NCBI GenBank assembly: GCA_036012755.1 | Contig: DASCPX010000043.1 | Location: forward strand, 52,884-116,883 | Source of the DNA: Myxococcota bacterium | Lineage (GTDB): Bacteria > Myxococcota_A > UBA796 > CAJQPC01 | Length of the DNA stretch: 64,000 bases | Direction of reading: 5' to 3' | Part shown: piece after piece, positions 1 through 9,581 of the stretch | Layout of the letters: every line of letters starts with the position of its first letter | How positions within the stretch are numbered: position 1 is the first letter of the stretch | Notes under the pieces: model-generated | What the model saw: the letters and a program-made list of their open reading frames with translations, nothing else | Told to the model about the DNA's origin: nothing | The model's database searches: none | Made by a program: the position numbers and the translations under genes

Positions 1-2
1 GC

Positions 3-383
3 GCCGATCTCATCGACGAGGACCCGGGCTTCCTGCTCCGTCCCGACGAGGCAGAACGCCAAGGCCTCGGCGACTACCGGCTGGCCGGCTCGAGCCCAGC
101 CATCGATGCCGGCAAGGGTGGGGTGGACCCGGACGGCTCGGTCGCCGACATCGGCGTCCACGGGGGCAGGTACGGGGACTGGCCCGACGTCGACGAGGAC
201 CGCGACGGCTACACGAACCTCGAGAACGACTGCGACGACACCGATCGCACGGTCGTCCCAGATCTGTGGACCGGGACCTGCCCGGCTCCCCAGGGCTGCA
301 CCGGCTGCGGCGGTGGCGCGACGCCGCGCTTGCTCGGGTTGCTCGCAGCCTTGTTGCTGACCCGGAGGAAGCCGTCGGGTTAG
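3..383 (+). CDS. C-terminal part of a surface protein with a DCDD metal-binding motif and a MYXO-CTERM-like tail (5' truncated by window)
   Basis: Frame is open from the window edge. It contains DYRLAGSSPAIDAG and DEDRDGYTNLENDCDD, and ends GCTGC + hydrophobic stretch + RRK. Confidence 0.7.
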   Translation, partial: ADLIDEDPGFLLRPDEAERQGLGDYRLAGSSPAIDAGKGGVDPDGSVADIGVHGGRYGDWPDVDEDRDGYTNLENDCDDTDRTVVPDLWTGTCPAPQGCTGCGGGATPRLLGLLAALLLTRRKPSG

Positions 384-392
384 GCGCGGGCC

Positions 393-1601
393 ATGCTCCG
401 CGTCTTGATCGCCGACAGTCTCCCCGACTCCGCTCGCACCCACCTCCAGCAAGCAGGGATGGAGGTCGTCTTCGAGCCCTCCTTGAAGGACGACAAGCTG
501 CTCGCCGCGCTGGAGTTGCACGACCCGGAGGTCCTCGTCGTGCGCTCGACCAAGGTCAGGGCCGAGCACTTCGGCGCCGCTCGAGCGCTTCAGCTCGTCG
601 TGCGCGCTGGCGCCGGCTTCAACACCATCGACCTCGCCGCGGCCTCTGGACTCGGCGTCTACGTCAGCAACTGCCCGGGCATGAACGCCGTGGCGGTCGC
701 CGAGCTGGCCTTCGCGCACATCCTCAACGCCGACAGGCGGATCGCCGACGCTGTGGCCGATCTGCGAGGCGGATCCTGGAAGAAGAAGACCTACGCGCGG
801 GCCCGCGGGCTCAAGGGCCGCACCCTCGGCGTGATCGGCTTCGGCGGCATCGGCAGCGAGGTCGCGCGCCGGGGTCTCGCCTTCGAGATGGAGGTCCTGG
901 CCTGGTCCCCCTTCCCAGAAGACAGGGAGAGGGCCGAGGCCATCGGCGTGCGCCACACACCAGAGGTGCTGGAGGTGGCGGCGCAGGCGGACGTGCTCAC
1001 CGTCCACCTCGCCTTGAACCCGGCGACGCGAGGCTTCATCGGACCCGCCATCTTCGACGAGCTCGCCCCGGGGACCATCTTCGTCAACACCAGCCGAGGC
1101 GAGGTCGTCGACGAACCCGCGCTGGCAAAGGCCGTGCGCGACAAGCACATCAAGGCCGGCTTGGACGTCTACTGCGGAGAGCCCTCCAGCGACGGCCAGT
1201 GGACGTCGACCCTGACGGGCCTGGCGGGGGTCTACGGGACGCCTCACGTCGGCGCTTCGACCGAGCAGGCCCAGGAGGCGGTCGCGAACGAGGCGGTGAG
1301 GGTCATCCTCGACTGGCAGACCACCGGATCTGCCCCCAACTGCGTGAACCTGGCGACCAGGACCGCCGCTTCGCACCTGCTCGTCGTGCGTCACGAGGAC
1401 CGCGTCGGGGTCCTCGCCCAGGTGCTCGACCTCCTGAGGGAGAACGACATCAACGTGCAGCAGATGGAGAACGTGATCTTCAGCGGCGGCGGCGCGGCCT
1501 GCGCGCGCATCCAGCTCGACCGGACCCCGCCGGCACGAGCGCTGGCGACCCTCCGGGAGGCGGAGCCGATCTTCGACGCCAAGATCGTGGAGCTGGCATG
1601 A
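393..1601 (+). CDS. serA: D-3-phosphoglycerate dehydrogenase-like protein with C-terminal ACT domain
   Basis: RAGAG, GVIGFGGIG Rossmann motif, NTSRG, TPHVGAST and ACT-like HEDRVGVLA; overlaps the serC start (ATGA). Confidence 0.85.
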   Translation: MLRVLIADSLPDSARTHLQQAGMEVVFEPSLKDDKLLAALELHDPEVLVVRSTKVRAEHFGAARALQLVVRAGAGFNTIDLAAASGLGVYVSNCPGMNAVAVAELAFAHILNADRRIADAVADLRGGSWKKKTYARARGLKGRTLGVIGFGGIGSEVARRGLAFEMEVLAWSPFPEDRERAEAIGVRHTPEVLEVAAQADVLTVHLALNPATRGFIGPAIFDELAPGTIFVNTSRGEVVDEPALAKAVRDKHIKAGLDVYCGEPSSDGQWTSTLTGLAGVYGTPHVGASTEQAQEAVANEAVRVILDWQTTGSAPNCVNLATRTAASHLLVVRHEDRVGVLAQVLDLLRENDINVQQMENVIFSGGGAACARIQLDRTPPARALATLREAEPIFDAKIVELA

Positions 1602-2668
1602 CTCGCAAGCACAACTTCTCCGCCGGCCCGGCGGTCCTTCCCGTCTCGGTGCTCGATGAGCTTCGGGCACAGATCCTCGACCTCCATGGCTCCGGAGTCG
1701 GGCTGATGGAGATCAGCCACCGCAGCCAGACCTTCGGTGACATCGTGGACAGCGCCATGGCGCGGATCCGGCGGGTCCTGTCCCTGCCCGACACCCACAC
1801 GGTACTGCTCTTGCAGGGCGGCGCCAGCACACAGTTCCTGATGATCCCGGCCAACCTGCTCCAGGGTGGCCACGCGGACTACCTGAACACCGGGACGTGG
1901 TCGACCAAGGCCATCAAGGAGGCCCGGCGGTTCGGCTCCGTCTCCGTGCCCTTCGACGGCGCAGAGGTTGGCTACCGCGCCCTGCCGGCGTCATGGGAAG
2001 ACAGCGACGACGTCGTCTACTCCCACTACACGAGCAACAACACGATCCACGGCACGCAGTTCCACCACGTGCCAGGGGTCTCGGGCATGCTCGCCTGCGA
2101 CGCCTCCAGCGACATCGCGTCTCGGGCCATGGACGGTGGCCGCTTCGACGTGCTCTACGCCGGCGCGCAGAAGAACCTCGGGCCCTCCGGCGTGACGCTG
2201 GTCTGCCTGAGCGAGCGAGCCATGGCCGCCGCGAAGGACGCCGACGTGCCCACGATGCTCGACTACCGGGTGCACGCCGACAAGGGGAGCCTCTTCAACA
2301 CCCCCAACACCCTCGGGATCTTTGTCCTCGAGCGCGTGCTCGCGTGGGTGGAGGAGCAGGGCCTGGATGCCCTCGCAGCCCGGAACGAGCGCAAGGCCAG
2401 CTCGCTCTACGAGCTCTTGGACGGCTCCGACTTCTGGCAGCCGCACGCGGAGACGTCCTGTCGAAGCATGATGAACGTGACCTGGCGGCTCCGAGACCCG
2501 GAGCTCGAAGCCCCGCTGCTCGCAGAGGCAGAAGAGATGGGTTTTTCCGGCATCAGGGGCCACCGCTCCGTCGGCGGTCTCCGCGCCAGCATCTACAACG
2601 CCTGCCCCGAGGACAGCGTCGCAGCGCTCGTGGCATTCCTCAAGGAGTTCGAACGCACCCATGGCTGA
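1598..2668 (+). CDS. serC: Phosphoserine aminotransferase
   Basis: NFSAGPA, LQGGASTQF, GAQKNLGPSG (PLP lysine) and GHRSVGGLRASIYNA. Confidence 0.95.
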   Translation: MTRKHNFSAGPAVLPVSVLDELRAQILDLHGSGVGLMEISHRSQTFGDIVDSAMARIRRVLSLPDTHTVLLLQGGASTQFLMIPANLLQGGHADYLNTGTWSTKAIKEARRFGSVSVPFDGAEVGYRALPASWEDSDDVVYSHYTSNNTIHGTQFHHVPGVSGMLACDASSDIASRAMDGGRFDVLYAGAQKNLGPSGVTLVCLSERAMAAAKDADVPTMLDYRVHADKGSLFNTPNTLGIFVLERVLAWVEEQGLDALAARNERKASSLYELLDGSDFWQPHAETSCRSMMNVTWRLRDPELEAPLLAEAEEMGFSGIRGHRSVGGLRASIYNACPEDSVAALVAFLKEFERTHG

Positions 2669-2987
2669 TGAACAGGACATCGTCGTCCTCGAGGACGCCG
2701 AAGGAAACGTCGCGGAGTTCGCCGTCCTAGGCATCGTCGAGCTCGAGGAGGAGGGGGCCTTCGCCCTGTTGGCTCCCACCTGGCAGATGGACGCGCCGGA
2801 AGACGAGCCGCTGGAGATCTACGTCTTCCGCTACGACTACGACGAGGCCGACGAGAGCGAGGCCTTCCTCCCCCTCGACGACGAGGAGCTCGTCCGTCGC
2901 GTCGGCGAGCTCGCCCAGCAGATGATGGAGGCGGACGAAGACGACGGCGAAGACAGGGACGACGGCGAAGACAGGGACGAAGGCTGA
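2661..2987 (+). CDS. Acidic DUF1292-like protein
   Basis: IVVLEDAEGN..F.VL N-terminus and LDDEEL C-terminal pattern; very acidic. Confidence 0.65.
   Translation: MADEQDIVVLEDAEGNVAEFAVLGIVELEEEGAFALLAPTWQMDAPEDEPLEIYVFRYDYDEADESEAFLPLDDEELVRRVGELAQQMMEADEDDGEDRDDGEDRDEG
2940..2975 (+). repeat. 18-bp tandem duplication (DDGEDR x2)
   Basis: gacgacggcgaagacagg occurs twice, in frame. Confidence 0.85.
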
Positions 2988-4481
2988 CTAGGGCAGCTTC
3001 TCGACGTACAGCGACTGGCTGGGAAAGGCGAAGCTGATCCCCTGCTCTTCGGCGAGGCGCAGGACGGCCAGGAGGATCTCGCTGCGCGCGTCACACTCCT
3101 CTGCCCAGCCCGGCACCGTGAGGTTGAACATCAGCAAGACGTCGAGGCTGGAGGCGCTGAAGTCCCGGAAGGTGGCCGTGCAGGAGTCCGGAACCGCGTG
3201 CTCGTGGGCCTCGACGATGGCGCGAACTCCCGCGATGAAGCCCTCGATCTTCGCCGGCGGCGTGTCGTAGGTCAGCCCCAGGACCGTCTTCACGCGGCGG
3301 TGAGTGCGGTGGCCGAGGTTGTCGATCTTGGCGTTGGCGACTTTGGAGTTCGGCACCGTGACCACCGAGCTCCCCAGCGTGCGGATGCGGGTGCTCCGGA
3401 AGCCGACCTCCTCCACAGTGCCCTCGACCCCGTCGATGACGACGAAGTCCCCGACCTGGAAGGGCCGGTCCGCGAAGATGGTCAGGCTGCCGAAGAGGTT
3501 GGACAGGGTGTCCTGGGCCCCCAGCGCAAGCGCAAGGCCGCCGATGCCGAGGCCGGCGATGAGCGACTTCACGTCGATGCCGAGGTTCGACAGGACAAAG
3601 ACGACGCCGAGGCAGACCACCGCGACGCGGCCGAGCTTCGAGAGCAGGGGAACGGCCTGGTCGTCCATTCGCGATTCCGTCGCGTGGGCTCGCTTGATCC
3701 AGATGGCCGCGAAGACGTCGATCCAGCGAATGGCGATGATGACGACGCTGACGCTGACGAGCACGCGCGCGATGAACAGCAGCACCAGGCTCTGCTTGAC
3801 GCCCAGCTGGAGCTCGGGAGCGCCGGCGAGGAGGACCAGCCCGAAGCACAGGGTGCGCATCGCGCCCCGGGTCTTCTCGAACACGGCAAGGTCGAGGGTC
3901 AGGCCCAGGCGCGTCACGAGCGCCAGCAGCCGACTGCGCAACAGCGCGTTCATCAGCAGCGATGCCAACCCCGCCGCGAGGAGGAGGCCGACGAACAGCA
4001 GCATCTGCCAGGCTTGTACGTTCCAGAGCCTGGCTGTCGTGAAGCTCGGCGGGAGCACGTCCTGGAGCCAGCTGGCGACCCCGTGGAAGGTCTCGGCGTG
4101 GAGCTCGTCCGTGGCGAGCACCGTGTCTCGGGACCACAGCCAGCGCCCGTCGTCCTGGAGCTCCAGGTAGACGATGGGGAGCTCCTCGACGACCACGACC
4201 TGGTCGCCCTCGTCGGGCCTCCACGCGGGATCGTCGGAGAACTCGGCCAGGGAGATCCAGTGTCCGCGCGCGTCCAGGACCAGCTTCAGCTGGACCGCGA
4301 CCTGGGGCCCCTCCCCTGCCATCTCCGGAGGCAGGTCGAGGCACTGTGCCGCTTGCTTCGGATGGTAGTTCTCCGGCTGGAGCAGCGCGAGCAGCGTGTC
4401 GGCCGCGTCGCGGGGGTTGTCACAGTTTGGGAGGTCGCCAGCGAAGGCAGCGGAAAACCACGACAGCAGCAGGAAGAACAT
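2988..4481 (-). CDS. mscS: MscS-family mechanosensitive channel with N-terminal periplasmic domain
   Basis: GLGIGGLALALGAQDTLSNLFG, DRPFQVGD, GFRSTRIRT and FAFPSQ; signal-peptide-like start MFFLLLSW. Confidence 0.9.
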   Translation of the reverse strand: MFFLLLSWFSAAFAGDLPNCDNPRDAADTLLALLQPENYHPKQAAQCLDLPPEMAGEGPQVAVQLKLVLDARGHWISLAEFSDDPAWRPDEGDQVVVVEELPIVYLELQDDGRWLWSRDTVLATDELHAETFHGVASWLQDVLPPSFTTARLWNVQAWQMLLFVGLLLAAGLASLLMNALLRSRLLALVTRLGLTLDLAVFEKTRGAMRTLCFGLVLLAGAPELQLGVKQSLVLLFIARVLVSVSVVIIAIRWIDVFAAIWIKRAHATESRMDDQAVPLLSKLGRVAVVCLGVVFVLSNLGIDVKSLIAGLGIGGLALALGAQDTLSNLFGSLTIFADRPFQVGDFVVIDGVEGTVEEVGFRSTRIRTLGSSVVTVPNSKVANAKIDNLGHRTHRRVKTVLGLTYDTPPAKIEGFIAGVRAIVEAHEHAVPDSCTATFRDFSASSLDVLLMFNLTVPGWAEECDARSEILLAVLRLAEEQGISFAFPSQSLYVEKLP

Positions 4482-4505
4482 CCGCGCCCCTAACCGTGTT
4501 TGGAC

Positions 4506-4533
4506 TTGACAGTCACCGGGGTGGAGGTAGAGC
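4506..4533 (+). promoter_or_regulatory. Putative sigma70 promoter
   Basis: TTGACA-N16-TAGAGC upstream of the 4568 ORF. Confidence 0.4.
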
Positions 4534-4567
4534 GTCATGTGGAGAGCGGGACGCCCTTGGAGATTGC

Positions 4568-5137
4568 ATGACGCAGAAAACCGCCCAGCAGGAAGCCTGG
4601 TGGGCTGACTTCGTCTCCGAGTTCGGCAAGACGCCACTGCGCGAGCTGGCGCGACGCTTCGAGACCAACCCGAGGCGCCTGCGCCGGGCCGCGCAGCGCA
4701 GCGGGCTGAGCGACGAGCCGGACGCGATACGCGACAACGCCGCGCTCCTTGGAATGACGCCGGATGCCTCTGTGGCCACCAAGCTGGGTGTGACGGCAGA
4801 AGAGGTCAAGGGAGCCCGCGCCCGGCGCGGCATCGCGGCGTACAACAAGGCAGCGCCGCCTCCGAAGACCCAGCCCCCCGCGCCCAAGCGGGCCGCGCCC
4901 AAGCGGGCCGCGCCCAAGCGGGCCGCGCCCAAGCGGGCGACGACCAGGTCTGAACCCACGCGCAGCCAGGACGCCGAACCGGATGTCGTGGTCAAGCGAG
5001 GCGCCAGCCTCTCGCGCCGGTCCGAGTCCTCGATGCCAGGCCAGAACCGTCTCGGGCGACTCGGACGCATCGCCCCCATCGAGCCCGAGGTGACGCGCCG
5101 CCCCCCCCGGCGCCGGCGGATCGTCAAGAAGGACTGA
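4568..5137 (+). CDS. Basic hypothetical protein with HTH-like segments and PKRAA repeats (putative DNA-binding)
   Basis: GGAG RBS; PLRELARRFETNPRRLRR; LLGMTPDASVATKLGVT; (PKRAA)n; Arg-rich tail. Confidence 0.65.
   Translation: MTQKTAQQEAWWADFVSEFGKTPLRELARRFETNPRRLRRAAQRSGLSDEPDAIRDNAALLGMTPDASVATKLGVTAEEVKGARARRGIAAYNKAAPPPKTQPPAPKRAAPKRAAPKRAAPKRATTRSEPTRSQDAEPDVVVKRGASLSRRSESSMPGQNRLGRLGRIAPIEPEVTRRPPRRRRIVKKD
4880..4939 (+). repeat. 15-bp tandem repeat x4 encoding APKRA
   Basis: gcgcccaagcgggcc x3 plus one near-copy. Confidence 0.9.
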
Positions 5138-5143
5138 GCGACA

Positions 5144-6352
5144 TCACTCGAGGCGGTGAACGAGCACGCCGCCGGCAAGCTTGGGCTCGAACCAGGTCGA
5201 CTTCGGCGGCATCACCCGGTCCGCGTCCGCGACGGCGAAGAGCTGGTCGAGACCCGTGGGCACCATGTGGAAGGCGACGGCGGCGCGGCGCTCGTCGACT
5301 GCGTCCTGGAGGTAGCCGGGACCCCGGATGCCCCCCACGAAGCTCACGCGCGTGTCGCGCCGGGGGTCCTCGATGCCGAGCAGCGGGGACAGGATTCGGT
5401 CCTGGAGCACCGCGACGTCGAGGCAAGCGACAGGGTCGGACTCGTCGAGCACCCGGGGCTCGAGCAGGTACCAGCGGCCCTCGAGGTACATGGTGAAGGT
5501 GCCGCGCTCCGTCGGAACGGCGTCGAGAGCCACTGTCACCTCGAAGTCCCCGTCCAGGGTCTTCAACAAGGCGCTCGGAGTGAAGCCTCCGAGGTCTCGG
5601 ACCATCCGGTTGTAGGCCATGCAGTTGAGGCTGTCGTCGGGGAAGATGCCGCAGAGGAACCAGGCGGATCCTCGCTGGCCATCGAGCCGGGCAGCCACCC
5701 GCGAGGCGGCGGCGGAGCGGTGGTGTCCATCGGCGATGTAGAGGACATCGACCTCGTCGAAGAGGCGCTGGAGGCGCTCGACGCTGAGGCGGTCCGAGAT
5801 GCGGGTCAGGCCGTGCTCGACTCCATCCTCGCTGGTCAAGGTGAACAGGATCTCCCCGCTGGCCTGGGCGACCGCCTCCCGGATGTCATGTCGTTGGCGG
5901 TAGGCGAGGAACACCAGGCCCGTCTGCGCGCCGGTGCCGAGGATGTGATCGACCCGATCCTGCTCCTTGTCCGGCCGAGTGTGCTCGTGCTTCTTGATGA
6001 GACCCCGGTCGTACTCCTCCGTAGAACAGAGGGCCATCAGCGCCGTCTGCCGATGATCGCCCATCTTCTGGAAGTACAGGTAGAAGCTCGGCTCTTCATC
6101 CTGGACCAGAGAGCCCTCGGCCAGGAGCGTCTCCAGAGCGATCCTCCCGGCAGCGTAGGCCTCGCGGGAGTGGGCGTCGACGCCATCGGGGAGGTTGACC
6201 TCCGGGCGCGTCACCTGGAGGAAGGTCTTGGGGTTTTCGGAGTGGATCGCTCGGGCCTCGGCCTCTGAGAGCACGTCGTACGGGGGGGCCACGACGCGCC
6301 CCGCGACCTCGGGATCGGGGCGCACACCACGGAAGGGTCGGATCGTTGCCAT
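5144..6352 (-). CDS. DUF1015 family protein
   Basis: IRPFRG, PPYDV, IKKHEHT, YIADGHHR and MPPKSTWFEPK are typical motifs. Confidence 0.9.
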   Translation of the reverse strand: MATIRPFRGVRPDPEVAGRVVAPPYDVLSEAEARAIHSENPKTFLQVTRPEVNLPDGVDAHSREAYAAGRIALETLLAEGSLVQDEEPSFYLYFQKMGDHRQTALMALCSTEEYDRGLIKKHEHTRPDKEQDRVDHILGTGAQTGLVFLAYRQRHDIREAVAQASGEILFTLTSEDGVEHGLTRISDRLSVERLQRLFDEVDVLYIADGHHRSAAASRVAARLDGQRGSAWFLCGIFPDDSLNCMAYNRMVRDLGGFTPSALLKTLDGDFEVTVALDAVPTERGTFTMYLEGRWYLLEPRVLDESDPVACLDVAVLQDRILSPLLGIEDPRRDTRVSFVGGIRGPGYLQDAVDERRAAVAFHMVPTGLDQLFAVADADRVMPPKSTWFEPKLAGGVLVHRLE

Positions 6353-6413
6353 GACCCGCGTGATAACGCGAGACATTGGCCTGACCCGAGCCTCCCGTTA
6401 GGCTTCCAGAGCC

Positions 6414-9400
6414 ATGGCATTCGACTGGATCTCCAACCTGTTCTCAGGCGGGTCGGCGAAAGGGCTCTCCGGCCCGGACTCCGAGCCCCTGGATGCGTCC
6501 GACTACTACGCATCTCGACTCCGCAAGCACAAGTCGCAGGGCGACCTCGTCGATGATCCCTACCTGCTCTGGTCGGACGGGCTGAGGGCCCACCTGAGCG
6601 CGCGCGCCGAGGATGGCTCCACCGACTTCACGGACGTGGTCCTGATCATCAACGAAGAGGACTGGAGTCGCACCTTCCAGCGGGTGTCGGAGCCCTGGAC
6701 CGACACCGCCGCCAGGCTGCTCGGCCAGGAGTTCGACTCCTTCTGCCAGGCGGGTGGACTCGAGCTGCCCTACGCGAGCCGCGCCTCGCGCTTCCGCATC
6801 GTCCAGGACGGCGGCGCAAAAATGGAGGGCGAGGACTACGCGCTCGAGGCGGGCGAGTTCATCACGGGGCTCTTGCCCAACATCTACGCGGGCGCCTCCC
6901 CGGCCAGCCGCCCCGTCATCGCCGTGCACCTCAACCTGCCCGACGTCTGGGACGGCTACCGCGAGGTCGGCCGACTCCACTCGGACCAGGTGAGCTTCAC
7001 CCTCGGCAACCACTGGCTCGACAACTTCAGCCACTTCACGCTGCAAGAGCCTGCCCTCTACCGGCTGCAGCAGCACCTCGACGGGAACTTCGTCCACATC
7101 ATCGATCCCGACCTGCAGGAGCGGTACAGCGTCGTCAGCAACGACGGCACCGGCGCCAACGTCCTCAGCATCATCGACGCCGACGGCGAGGCGGTCGCGC
7201 ACCTCGTGCTGGCCCTGCTCGACTCGATGGTCCCGGACGCCCCGGACATGCCAGCGTCAGAGCCCGACGTCGACGTCGCGGCGTCTCCGGCAATAGACAT
7301 GCCCCAGCCGCCGGTGGGGCTGATCGAGCCGATCTCGACCTTGGGCCACGGCTCCAAGACGATCGTCCCGGAGAGCGTGCAGGAGCGCATCTTCTCCCTC
7401 CGCGAGCGAGGCGCCCTGCTCCAGAAGGTCCACTTCCGCAAGTTCATGCAGGGCTACGACGTCTACGTGGGGCCGAACGGCTCCCTGAGCACGGCGCTGA
7501 TGGACCGCGCGGCCACCTTCCAGATCCGAAAGGACACGGTCTCCCTGCTGGTCCACAAGCCCGACGTCCTCGTCAACGGAAGAGCCGCGAAGCTGGAGCA
7601 GCCGACCCCGCTCTATGGCTCCACGACCATCAAGGTGGGCGCCCACGAGCTCGTCTACAACGACCTCTCGGATCACCGCCCGGAGCATGGCTGGCCCTAC
7701 CTGGGCGAGATCCTGCGCCCGGCCAGCAGCACTCACATGGTCTTTGGCGGCGTCTACAAGGTCGGTCGCGACCGGCGCTGCAAGGTGCAGCTGCCCGACG
7801 AGCCCCAGAACGACAACATCGCCTGGCTGCCCGACCTCGCCCACGGCGCGACGATCCGCGCCCGCTCAGGGGAGATCCCGAAGAGCCGCTTCTACACGGA
7901 CTCGATCATGGTCGCCTCGGAGCACGCCGAGATCGACCTCACCGCCGACCCGAAGGTCACGTCCATCGCTCGCCACTGCTACAGCTACGTCCGGCGCGGG
8001 CGCGAGATCATCGCCCTGGTTCCCAGCAAGCAGCAGGGCCTGCGCAACACGACGCTGCAGTCCGGGGACGACCTGATGATCGGCAACTGCCTGTTCGAGG
8101 TGGGCTACGCGCCAGAGGATGGCGGATCCGTTGCCCCGGAGGCCCCACCGCCTCCCCCGCCGCCGAAGCTCACCCCGGAGTCCCTCGCCAAGGCCGTCAG
8201 CGAGCCAGACGTGGAGCTCGTCGAGGACCCGCCCCCGGACCAGCCGAACCTCATCGACAAGATCCTCAGCCGCCCCGCGGCCGACCGGCCGGCCCGAGGA
8301 TCGCTCGACGATCTCCTCAAGAGCCGCATCAGCGAGGACGACTCGCGCAGCTCGGGGCTCGACGCGCTGCTCAACGAGCGAGGGGTCGACAAGAGCGGCA
8401 TCTCCTCGAACTTCGACGCCCTCCTCGGAGATCGCGCCTCCGACGTCCCTGTCGCCGGCGGGCTCGGCGAGACGGGCAAGGCGCCCCCGGTCCCGGATCT
8501 GGGGAAGCCCGCGAGCTTCGACTCGCTCATCGGAGACACCGCGCCGCCGCAGGTCCTCCAGATCGAGAACGAAGACCCGGTCGGCGACCTCCCAGAGGAC
8601 AGCACCGACCTGCCGAGCATCCTCCCGCGCATCGACCAGATCGAGGCCGAAGACCAGCTCGACGAGTCCGGCGAACACTTCGGGCTCCCCTCCCCGGAGA
8701 GCCCCCGTCGGGGCGGCCAGGATGAGTTCGACGTCGCGGACGAAGGCACCGGAGGCCTCGAACGGGTGGTGCCGATCAAGACCTACCCCCAGAAGCAGCT
8801 GCCTCCCGACAAGAGCGAGGAGAAGGCGCCGCTGCCCTCGGCGAAGAGCGTCCCGCTTGGGGCCGGCGGCGAGATCGTCGCCATCGACGACGAAGACGGC
8901 GGCGTCGAGCTTGCCCGTCCAGCGCGGCTCGTGCACATCGGCTGGACGCTGTCAGGAGAGGCGATCCTGGGCAACTACCAGGGATGCACGGGCGTGATCC
9001 CGGAGACTCGCTACGAGGACGACCAGAAGTTCGCGAGGGCGGAGTACGTCCGCTTGAAGGTGCGCGGCCGCCGGGCGAAGGCAGAGGTGCTCAACGAGAC
9101 CGAAGCGCGGCTCAACAAGGGCGATACGTCAGTGTCGACCGTCAAGGACCTCGCCGGCGTGCGCATCGAGATCATCCGCCGTGACGAGGAAGGTGACGAG
9201 GACTTCAGCGTCTTCCTCGACCTGGACGCCAGCGTGAAGCTGCCTGATCCACGCGCCAGGCTCCTGGCTGTCGACCACAGCGACGACATCGTCGCCGCGC
9301 TCTTCGTACGCGGACTCCCCCTGCGCGCCGACCGCCGCATCGCCCTCGGCCCGATCCGGGTGGTGGCCCACTTCGACGGCTCCAACCTCAGGCTCCAGGA

Positions 9401-9563
9401 CTACATCGACACCTACCGGAAGAGCGACGGCTACGAGCCCTTCTTCCTGAAGAGCGGCGACGACCGCTTCCGCACCGCCCCAGAGGACGGCGGCACCATC
9501 TCTTTGTCCCCGGGCGACCTGCTCATCGCAGGGAGCGCGGTCTACCGCTTCGAGATGGCCTAG
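6414..9563 (+). CDS. Large FHA-like domain protein with acidic/Pro-rich linker
   Basis: 1049-aa ORF. FHA-like signatures: KVGRDRRC..ASEHAEI..LQSGDDLMIG, VLVNG..TIKVG and LSPGDLLIAG. Confidence 0.65.
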   Translation: MAFDWISNLFSGGSAKGLSGPDSEPLDASDYYASRLRKHKSQGDLVDDPYLLWSDGLRAHLSARAEDGSTDFTDVVLIINEEDWSRTFQRVSEPWTDTAARLLGQEFDSFCQAGGLELPYASRASRFRIVQDGGAKMEGEDYALEAGEFITGLLPNIYAGASPASRPVIAVHLNLPDVWDGYREVGRLHSDQVSFTLGNHWLDNFSHFTLQEPALYRLQQHLDGNFVHIIDPDLQERYSVVSNDGTGANVLSIIDADGEAVAHLVLALLDSMVPDAPDMPASEPDVDVAASPAIDMPQPPVGLIEPISTLGHGSKTIVPESVQERIFSLRERGALLQKVHFRKFMQGYDVYVGPNGSLSTALMDRAATFQIRKDTVSLLVHKPDVLVNGRAAKLEQPTPLYGSTTIKVGAHELVYNDLSDHRPEHGWPYLGEILRPASSTHMVFGGVYKVGRDRRCKVQLPDEPQNDNIAWLPDLAHGATIRARSGEIPKSRFYTDSIMVASEHAEIDLTADPKVTSIARHCYSYVRRGREIIALVPSKQQGLRNTTLQSGDDLMIGNCLFEVGYAPEDGGSVAPEAPPPPPPPKLTPESLAKAVSEPDVELVEDPPPDQPNLIDKILSRPAADRPARGSLDDLLKSRISEDDSRSSGLDALLNERGVDKSGISSNFDALLGDRASDVPVAGGLGETGKAPPVPDLGKPASFDSLIGDTAPPQVLQIENEDPVGDLPEDSTDLPSILPRIDQIEAEDQLDESGEHFGLPSPESPRRGGQDEFDVADEGTGGLERVVPIKTYPQKQLPPDKSEEKAPLPSAKSVPLGAGGEIVAIDDEDGGVELARPARLVHIGWTLSGEAILGNYQGCTGVIPETRYEDDQKFARAEYVRLKVRGRRAKAEVLNETEARLNKGDTSVSTVKDLAGVRIEIIRRDEEGDEDFSVFLDLDASVKLPDPRARLLAVDHSDDIVAALFVRGLPLRADRRIALGPIRVVAHFDGSNLRLQDYIDTYRKSDGYEPFFLKSGDDRFRTAPEDGGTISLSPGDLLIAGSAVYRFEMA

Positions 9564-9581
9564 GAGCACCAATCAGGTTCT

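Noticed and set aside
266..2668. 800-aa ORF suggesting a long N-terminal extension of SerC
   Set aside because: The upstream part is an off-frame shadow of serA. The real start is the ATG at 1598, overlapping the serA stop.
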